DNA of 64,000 bases. Origin: Bacteroidota bacterium (GTDB taxonomy: Bacteria; Bacteroidota; Rhodothermia; Rhodothermales; UBA10348). Both the position numbers and the translations under genes were made by a program. The stretch is taken from assembly GCA_029262835.1 (NCBI GenBank), contig JAJCYQ010000012.1, positions 3,503 to 67,502 of the forward strand. The letters run 5' to 3'. A model generated the notes under the pieces. It was given only the letters and a program-made list of their open reading frames with translations, searched no databases and was not told where the DNA came from. Positions within the stretch are counted from its first letter, which is position 1; every line of letters begins with the position of its first letter. Shown piece by piece: positions 57,949 through 64,000 of the stretch.

Positions 57949-58562
57949 GCATCGGCCAGGTCAGCCGCCAGCGACGCAAGGAATGGGCTGTCCCGCAGCG
58001 AATGATGATTATTGTCCGGTCGATGCGTCCACCCGCCCTGCGAATCGGGGTTGCGCTGGGCCGCGAGCCAGTCCAGCCTGTCCGCGAGCCGCTCCTTGGG
58101 CACCATGAGCCGATCCAGACCAAAAATGGCCTCTTCCCGGTCCTGGAACGTCATGTCATACTCCTTCGACATGATGATGGCCTCCTCCGGGCACACCTCT
58201 TCACAGAATCCGCAGTAAATACAGCGCAGCATGTTGATCTCAAACCATTCGGGCTCGCGCTCCTTGGGACCTTCCATTTCGCGGGACTGCATGGAGATCG
58301 CCATCGGCGGGCACGCTCGGGCGCACAGGTTGCACGACACGCAGCGCGTTTTTCCCTCTTCCTCAACCAGCACCGGTCGCCCCCGGTAGCTGTCCGGCGG
58401 ATACCACTGCTCTTCCGGGTACTGGAAGGTGTACATGGGCTCGTTGTAGATCTTCCGGAATGAATATCCGAGCCCTTTGAAGACCTCTGGAAGGTAGAGA
58501 CGCTCCCAGAAATTGAGCGTCCGTTCTCCGGCAGTGGCAGTGTTGACAGGTGTTCCAGGCAT
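57945..58562 (-). CDS. nuoI: NADH-quinone oxidoreductase subunit I-like 2x[4Fe-4S] protein with C-terminal extension
   Basis: YLPEVFKGL...T.QYPEE......YRGR. The cluster motifs [12 protein letters not shown] and [16 protein letters not shown]. Confidence 0.8.
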   Translation of the reverse strand: MPGTPVNTATAGERTLNFWERLYLPEVFKGLGYSFRKIYNEPMYTFQYPEEQWYPPDSYRGRPVLVEEEGKTRCVSCNLCARACPPMAISMQSREMEGPKEREPEWFEINMLRCIYCGFCEEVCPEEAIIMSKEYDMTFQDREEAIFGLDRLMVPKERLADRLDWLAAQRNPDSQGGWTHRPDNNHHSLRDSPFLASLAADLADA

Positions 58563-58607
58563 GGTCAGCGTTTGAAATGTCAGTCGACGAGCAAGATACG
58601 ATCCAAT

Positions 58608-59918
58608 TTATGATTTGGCTTTGAAGACAAGCGTCAGCGGCACGCCCTCGAAGTCAAAAGCGGCACGGATCTGGTTCTCCAGATACCTTTTGTAGGCATC
58701 GCCGATACCCTTCGGGTAGTTGCAGAAAAAATTGAAGACCGGCGGATCGGCGCGCACCTGCGTGACATATTTGATTTTTACATAATGCCCCCGATAGGAC
58801 GGCGGGTGGTGCCGCTCAATCGCAGGTCCCAGCATGTCGTTCAATTGACTGGTCGATACGCGCGTGCTGCGGCGGGCAATGACGCCGAGAGCGGCATCGA
58901 GGACTTTGTAAATGCGCTGGTGTGTGACGGCCGACAGCGTGATGATGGGCACGTAGCTGAGCGTCTTGAGCCGGTCGCGGACCAGGCGCTCGTAGTCGCG
59001 CACGGAATTGGTTTCCTTGTCCGGATACAGGTCCCACTTGTTGATGCCGATGACGAGCCCCTTTTTCATACGCTCGGCAGCAGCCAGGACCCGGATATCC
59101 TGCGCTTCAAGCCCTTCAACGGCGTCAATCAGGAGTACCGCCACATCGCACGTCTCAATGGCCCGCTCGGTGCGCAGCCACGAATAGAACTCCACATTCT
59201 CCCGGATGCGCGCCTTGCGCCGGAGACCCGCCGTATCGACCAGAACCAGCTTCTGCCCGCCAAACTCCAGCTCGGTATCTATGGAGTCGCGGGTCGTGCC
59301 GCTGATTTCGGTAACGATCGAGCGCTCGGATCCCAGAAGGGCATTCGTAAGCGATGATTTACCGACGTTGGGCCGCCCGATGATGGCAATGCGGGGGCGG
59401 GCGTCCGGCTCCGGCTCGGGATCGGGCGGGAGCAGCTCGAGCACGCGGTCCAGCAGGTCACCCGTCCCCATACCATTGATGGACGAGAGCGCAAAGACTT
59501 CCTCGAATCCGAGGGCGTAGAACTCGGCGGCGCCCCAGCGGCGCTCGTCGTTGTCGGCCTTGTTCACGACCAGCATGACCGGGCGGTCGCTACGGCGAAG
59601 TATGGATGCCATTTCGGCGTCCAGGTCTGTGATGCCGGTTGTGACATCCACAACGAACAGGATCAGGCCCGCTTCTTCAATGGCCAGATGGACCTGCTCC
59701 CGGATGGCGGCCTCGAAACGGTCGGCCGAACCGGGCACGAACCCGCCCGTGTCAACAATGGACATGGTCCGGCCACCCCAGTCCATGTGCCCGTATACGC
59801 GATCGCGTGTGACGCCAGGCTCGTCATGGACAATGCTGCGCCGCTCTTCGGTGAGGCGGTTGAAAAGTGTGGATTTGCCGACATTAGGTCGGCCCACGAT
59901 GGCAACGAGGGACATCAA
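58608..59918 (-). CDS. der: Ribosome-associated GTPase Der/EngA
   Basis: Two G domains ([24 protein letters not shown]) and a KH-like C-terminus. Confidence 0.95.
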   Translation of the reverse strand: MMSLVAIVGRPNVGKSTLFNRLTEERRSIVHDEPGVTRDRVYGHMDWGGRTMSIVDTGGFVPGSADRFEAAIREQVHLAIEEAGLILFVVDVTTGITDLDAEMASILRRSDRPVMLVVNKADNDERRWGAAEFYALGFEEVFALSSINGMGTGDLLDRVLELLPPDPEPEPDARPRIAIIGRPNVGKSSLTNALLGSERSIVTEISGTTRDSIDTELEFGGQKLVLVDTAGLRRKARIRENVEFYSWLRTERAIETCDVAVLLIDAVEGLEAQDIRVLAAAERMKKGLVIGINKWDLYPDKETNSVRDYERLVRDRLKTLSYVPIITLSAVTHQRIYKVLDAALGVIARRSTRVSTSQLNDMLGPAIERHHPPSYRGHYVKIKYVTQVRADPPVFNFFCNYPKGIGDAYKRYLENQIRAAFDFEGVPLTLVFKAKS

Positions 59919-60757
59919 GAGCGTTCTTTTCGCTCAAGGTACAACGCGCGGAACAACATATAGGCCGTTTCCGCCGTCTCTGTTGTGAACCAATAATTGA
60001 TTCCAGCGCCAATGGCCGCTCCGGCCACGGGAATGGCCTGCGCCAGCTTGCGGCCCACGATGTTCTTCGCTATTTCGCGGGGAAGGTGCCGGTTCTGGTC
60101 GCGGAACGTACCGCTCACACGACCCTTGTATCCCGTGCCGTGCGCAAATGCCGCGCCGGCCACGTTGATTTCGCGCAGCGCATCGCCCTTGGCATCCCGG
60201 CCCGAGGACGCCGCCACATTGAAGATCGAGAGCACGATGGGCCGGTAGTCGGGACCCTTGACGGCAAAACCATAGGCCGCACCGATCTGCTGGATAAGCC
60301 GCAGGTTGATGGCAAAAAGCAGCGGGATGTCAGCGGCTATGAGCAGGGCACCTCCGAGTCCTGTACCTCCTCCTTCCACGGCGGCCAGGATGGCATTTTC
60401 CGACACATAGGTCCGGGCCAACCGATCCAGTTTTTCGAGTGGCATGTCGCGCAATTCGGGTACAGCCGACACCTCCATGCCGTGGGCGCGCGCGCCCGCC
60501 AATACGTCGTCGGGGTCGTACGTCCAGCCCGAGGCATCATTGAGCATGGACAGGAAATCGCTCACGGCTTCGTCGACCTGGTCCACAACGTCGGCCGATA
60601 CCGTCCGCTTCACAACCCAGTCCATGGGCTGCATGGCCCAGTTCATGGCCTGGGCCACGAACGAAGCATCGCCGTGCTGCCACGCTTCGATCTGGCGCTT
60701 GGCCGTTTTTTCGTAGTCATTCAGTCGCATAGACGCAGTATACGCGCCAACGGCCAA
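59915..60757 (-). CDS. EcsC-family protein
   Basis: ...GGGTGLGG...IAADIP.LF.INLRLIQ.IA..YGF... is an EcsC-like core. Confidence 0.7.
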   Translation of the reverse strand: MAVGAYTASMRLNDYEKTAKRQIEAWQHGDASFVAQAMNWAMQPMDWVVKRTVSADVVDQVDEAVSDFLSMLNDASGWTYDPDDVLAGARAHGMEVSAVPELRDMPLEKLDRLARTYVSENAILAAVEGGGTGLGGALLIAADIPLLFAINLRLIQQIGAAYGFAVKGPDYRPIVLSIFNVAASSGRDAKGDALREINVAGAAFAHGTGYKGRVSGTFRDQNRHLPREIAKNIVGRKLAQAIPVAGAAIGAGINYWFTTETAETAYMLFRALYLERKERS

Positions 60758-60761
60758 AAGG

Positions 60762-62270
60762 CTACATCATATCGTATTTCTTCAACAGGCGGTACATCGT
60801 GGCCCGGCCAATACCGAGTTCAACGGCGGCTCTATCCACGTTTTCATCACACAGCTTGTAGGCGCGTTCCACCGCGCGGTGCTTGAGGTCCTCGAGCGAA
60901 AGAATGCCTCCGTCCTCGTCTTCGAGCGAGACGTCGTCCGCGCCTGAACCCGCGCCGTTGTGCCCGGCGCCTCCATCGTGGCCATTGTTGCTGCTGCGCG
61001 CGTTCCTGCTGCTCCCGCTGTTCCCCCTCGATGCGGAAAACGGTGTTTCGGCCGCTTCTGCGAGCGTCATCCGGTCCGCCCAGGGCGAAATCGGATTCAC
61101 ATTGGATATCATGAGGTCGGCGGCCGTTATTTCTTCGTGGTCCGACAGCAGGATAGCGCGCTCAATAGCGCTCTTCAATTCACGGACGTTTCCGGGCCAT
61201 TTGTGTGCCGCAATAGCCTTGCGCGCCTCTGCCGAGAGCTTCTTGCCCTTGAATTCCGGATGATCCTTGATGTATTCCCTGTGGAAATGCCCGGCCAGCA
61301 GGAGCAGGTCGGAGCCGCGTTCACGCAGTGGTGGCAGAGGAATGGGGAACTGGAACAGGCGGTAATACAGGTCTTCGCGGAATGTACCCTGCCGGATCAT
61401 GGCAACGACATCCCTGTTCGTGGCGCTGATGACGCGGGCCTTGAAATCGATGGTAGTGCTACCCCCCACCCGGGTGATTTCTCCTTCCTGGAGTGCTCGG
61501 AGCAGTTTGGCCTGCAGGTCGAGGTCCAACTCGCCGATTTCGTCGAGGAAAATAGTCCCTCCGTCGGCCTGTTCAAACTTTCCAATCTTCCGGGCGTGTG
61601 CGCCTGTGAATGAGCCCTTCTCATGGCCGAAGAACTCGCTCTCCATGAGGTCTCGGGGAATGGCAGCGCAGTTCACGACGACGAATGGGCCGCGGCTGCG
61701 GGCCGAGTTGAAGTGGATGGCTTTAGCCACCAGCTCCTTACCCGTCCCACTTTCTCCATGTATGGCCGCCATCAGGTCCCCGCGCGTCGCTTTCTGGATG
61801 AGACGGTACACGTGCTGCATGGGCCCACTCTCCCCGATGAGGCCCTTGATCTGGTATTTCTGCTTGACTTCGTCGCGCAGCGTTTCAACTTCGCGCTCGA
61901 GCGATACTTTCTCGAGCACATTCCTTACGATGGAGTCGAGCTTGACGAGATCGTCCTGCCCTTTCGTGATATAGTCGTACGCGCCTACTTTCATGGCCTC
62001 GACGGCCGTATCGATCACGCCCTGTGCCGAGACCATGATCACCGGTAGCCCCGGACGCTGCGCCACGACCTGACGAAGCACTTCCACGCCATCCAGACCC
62101 GGCATCATGATGTCGAGTAGAATCAGGTCGGGCGGCGTCGACAGCGATTTCAGCATATCCTCGCCGCTGTGAAAGACCTCCACTTCGTAGTTGTCGTGCT
62201 TGTCAAGCCGATAGCTCAACATGCGCGCGTAGTGCCGATCGTCATCAACAACGTAAATGCGATAACTCAT
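60762..62270 (-). CDS. Sigma-54-dependent response regulator (REC + AAA+ + Fis-type HTH)
   Basis: The REC domain has DLILLDIMMPG. The AAA+ domain has GESGTGKE, GAFTGA-like GSFTGA and FLDEIGE. The C-terminus holds an HTH (...AA.ELGI.RATMYRLLKKY). Confidence 0.9.
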   Translation of the reverse strand: MSYRIYVVDDDRHYARMLSYRLDKHDNYEVEVFHSGEDMLKSLSTPPDLILLDIMMPGLDGVEVLRQVVAQRPGLPVIMVSAQGVIDTAVEAMKVGAYDYITKGQDDLVKLDSIVRNVLEKVSLEREVETLRDEVKQKYQIKGLIGESGPMQHVYRLIQKATRGDLMAAIHGESGTGKELVAKAIHFNSARSRGPFVVVNCAAIPRDLMESEFFGHEKGSFTGAHARKIGKFEQADGGTIFLDEIGELDLDLQAKLLRALQEGEITRVGGSTTIDFKARVISATNRDVVAMIRQGTFREDLYYRLFQFPIPLPPLRERGSDLLLLAGHFHREYIKDHPEFKGKKLSAEARKAIAAHKWPGNVRELKSAIERAILLSDHEEITAADLMISNVNPISPWADRMTLAEAAETPFSASRGNSGSSRNARSSNNGHDGGAGHNGAGSGADDVSLEDEDGGILSLEDLKHRAVERAYKLCDENVDRAAVELGIGRATMYRLLKKYDMM

Positions 62271-62349
62271 GTTCAGGGGGGTGTGAAATGTGGGAGTACC
62301 CCTGAGTTATCGCCCTCTCCGCGCTGGCCTTAAGAGCCTGACACGTGTT

Positions 62350-63162
62350 TTATATCAAAATGAGACCGAGTCCGCCCACGAGGAAGCAGTACACAGCGAA
62401 CACACTCAGCTTTCCGCGCCGGACGAATGTCAACACGACGCGTATGGCCACGATCCCTGAAAGGAAGGCCACCACGGTTCCCAGAAGGAGTACGAGCCAA
62501 TTCACGTCTCCCACCTGCTGCAGCGCCTCGGAGACCTTGAGCAGTGTAGCCCCGACGACAACTGGAAGCAGCATCAGGAAGGAGAAATCGGCGGCTTCCT
62601 CAGGCTTCACGTTCTGGTAGAGCGCCGTACAGATCGTCGCACCCGACCGGGAAATGCCCGGCATGATGGCGGCCGATTGTGCCAGGCCCACAAGCAGGCT
62701 CTTGGGCGCTGTCATCCGCCCGTCCGGGTTGGGCCGCAGCTCGGTAAGAACGAGCAGCAGCCCGGTCACCAGCAACATGGCCGATGCCATGCGCGGGTCC
62801 TGAAAGGCGGCATCGAAAAAGTCCTTGAATAGTACGTAGACGAGGCCGGTAGGAATCATGGTCAGGAGGATGTGAATGCCTGTCCGGAATCCACCGTCCG
62901 CCTCGTACGCTCGCCGCCACTTAGACGGCGCGGCCAGCCCCGCTACACCTTCATTTATGAGGACCACCAGGCGGGAGCGGTATACATATATAATGGACAT
63001 CACCGTCCCGAAGTGGACGAGGACCTCAAACAGGATGTCGCCGCTCGTGGCCGAGAGGCCGAGCACATGCTTGCCAAGCACCAGATGACCCGAAGAGGAC
63101 ACCGGCAGAAACTCCGTGAGCCCCTGGATCAATCCCAATACAACCGATTCCCACCACGTCAT
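62350..63162 (-). CDS. uppP: Undecaprenyl-diphosphate phosphatase
   Basis: GL.QGLTEFLPVSSSGHL and PG.SRSG.TI motifs with ~8 TM segments. Confidence 0.93.
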   Translation of the reverse strand: MTWWESVVLGLIQGLTEFLPVSSSGHLVLGKHVLGLSATSGDILFEVLVHFGTVMSIIYVYRSRLVVLINEGVAGLAAPSKWRRAYEADGGFRTGIHILLTMIPTGLVYVLFKDFFDAAFQDPRMASAMLLVTGLLLVLTELRPNPDGRMTAPKSLLVGLAQSAAIMPGISRSGATICTALYQNVKPEEAADFSFLMLLPVVVGATLLKVSEALQQVGDVNWLVLLLGTVVAFLSGIVAIRVVLTFVRRGKLSVFAVYCFLVGGLGLILI

Positions 63163-63180
63163 GGCGTGCTTTACTGCGTT

Positions 63181-63423
63181 TTAATCGTTTGCCGTGTTAT
63201 CGTCTGCGTTCATGCCGTCTGCGTTCATGCCGTCTGCGTTGATATCACTGTAGAGCCGGTCAATCCAGTGAGGCCGGCCGGCGCCAAAAGCTACGCCGCC
63301 GATTATTGTCGTCTCGTGAAGAAGTTGGTCCTGTATCATGTCCTCGGGAGCATAAGGGTGAAATGACGCGATTGCAATCCAATCCAATCCCTCATGCCCT
63401 TGTCTACCAATCATTTGCAGCAT
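63181..63423 (-). CDS. Possible small protein with a C-terminal (ADGMN)n repeat
   Basis: This is the only ORF in the gap. ATG 63423 is the chosen start because the upstream part of the track ORF runs through the repeat element. There is no family match and coding is uncertain. Confidence 0.25.
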   Translation of the reverse strand: MLQMIGRQGHEGLDWIAIASFHPYAPEDMIQDQLLHETTIIGGVAFGAGRPHWIDRLYSDINADGMNADGMNADDNTAND

Positions 63424-63452
63424 TTTTACGCTCAGAGCGTAATTTCCAGCAT

Positions 63453-63660
63453 GTCGCGAGCTTGCCTGACGTGGCGCGAGCTGCCCTGAGCTGTCGTGAG
63501 CCGCCCTGGAATGGCGCGAGTGTGAATCGCGACAGCTCCGGGCAGCTCGCGCCACCTCAGCTACAATCACGACAGCTCAGCCACAATCGCGCCAGCTCAG
63601 TCAGTATCGAAATTTATATAAAATATTATTTATATTGCTTTTATGGATATTGCTCGCGAC
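63453..63660. repeat. Nested inverted/direct repeat cluster plus a 45-bp AT-rich tract
   Basis: A 25-bp inverted repeat at 63472-63496 / 63530-63554 matches 24/25. The motif AATC(A/G)CG(A/C)CAGCTC occurs at ~63525, 63565 and 63585. The outer pair is GTCGCGAGC (63453) / GCTCGCGAC (63652). The AT-rich tract spans 63606-63650. Confidence 0.85.
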
Positions 63661-63744
63661 ATTTCGTCCATATGCCCCAGAGGACGTCCATACACCAGAG
63701 CCACGGCAAGTGAGGGGAACACTGCCAGCCGGCAGACGGGCCAT

Positions 63745-64000
63745 TCAGGGTAGGCCCGGTTCCACCATGACGACGTCCTCGCGCTCGACCAGGACGGCGC
63801 CTACTGCCCCACCACGCGGCTTCCGGACATACTTGCGCTCGGTTACGATGACGGGCGCGAGGCCGCTGGTGCGGGCCTTCGACCACCACGCGGCAATCCG
63901 TGCGGCGGCCTCAACAACGGGCGCGGGCGGCGTGTCGGAGCGCCCTTTCAGCCGCAGCACGACGTGGCTGCCGGGCACGCCGCGCGCATGGAGCCAGAGG
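63745..64000 (-). CDS. DUF814 (NFACT-R) domain protein, C-terminal part; continues past the right edge
   Basis: ...LWLHARGVPGSHVVLRLKG......P....EAA.IAAWWSKA.......V.VTERKYVRKP.G...G.V is the DUF814 signature. The frame is open to position 64000. Confidence 0.7.
   Translation of the reverse strand, partial: LWLHARGVPGSHVVLRLKGRSDTPPAPVVEAAARIAAWWSKARTSGLAPVIVTERKYVRKPRGGAVGAVLVEREDVVMVEPGLP

Overview
High-GC (~60-65%) bacterial chromosomal segment. T9SS-type C-terminal sorting domains, an atpBEFHAG operon without atpDC, choice-of-anchor-B/LVIVD proteins and a DUF1800/DUF1501 pair suggest a Rhodothermota/Bacteroidota-like organism (inference only). Most of the window is housekeeping: uvrB, hisF-hisIE, the F1Fo ATP synthase operon, rpsT, queG, lysS, sdaA, der, holA, uppP and dps, plus envelope and secreted proteins, signalling genes (PAS histidine kinase, Ser/Thr kinase-TPR, ECF sigma/anti-sigma, sigma54-type response regulator) and two ordinary tRNAs (Ser-GCT, Val-CAC). 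The left ~3.5 kb is accessory: an IS3 OrfA fragment, a truncated P-loop ATPase, and Phd-ParE translationally chained to a multicopper oxidase. The most unusual locus is 6746-8367 (minus strand). It holds a well-formed tRNA-Asn(GUU)-like cloverleaf whose D-loop carries a ~130-nt structured insertion and which encodes CCA. Twenty nt downstream sits a 464-aa LeuRS-like class I synthetase paralogue that lacks the CP1 editing domain and the C-terminal tRNA-binding domains. Other second-look items: an iteron/hairpin-rich AT-rich element at 63453-63660, a 41-bp AT-rich palindrome at the hisF/AAA+ divergent region, M23 peptidase-bactofilin-AtpZ chained by 1-nt overlaps into the atp operon, a Tat-signal plus T9SS-CTD DUF1501 protein, and several short tandem repeats. 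All calls come from reading the ORF translations and the raw sequence. No searches were run. Start codons are best estimates, and many long ORFs in the track are antisense shadow ORFs typical of high-GC DNA.
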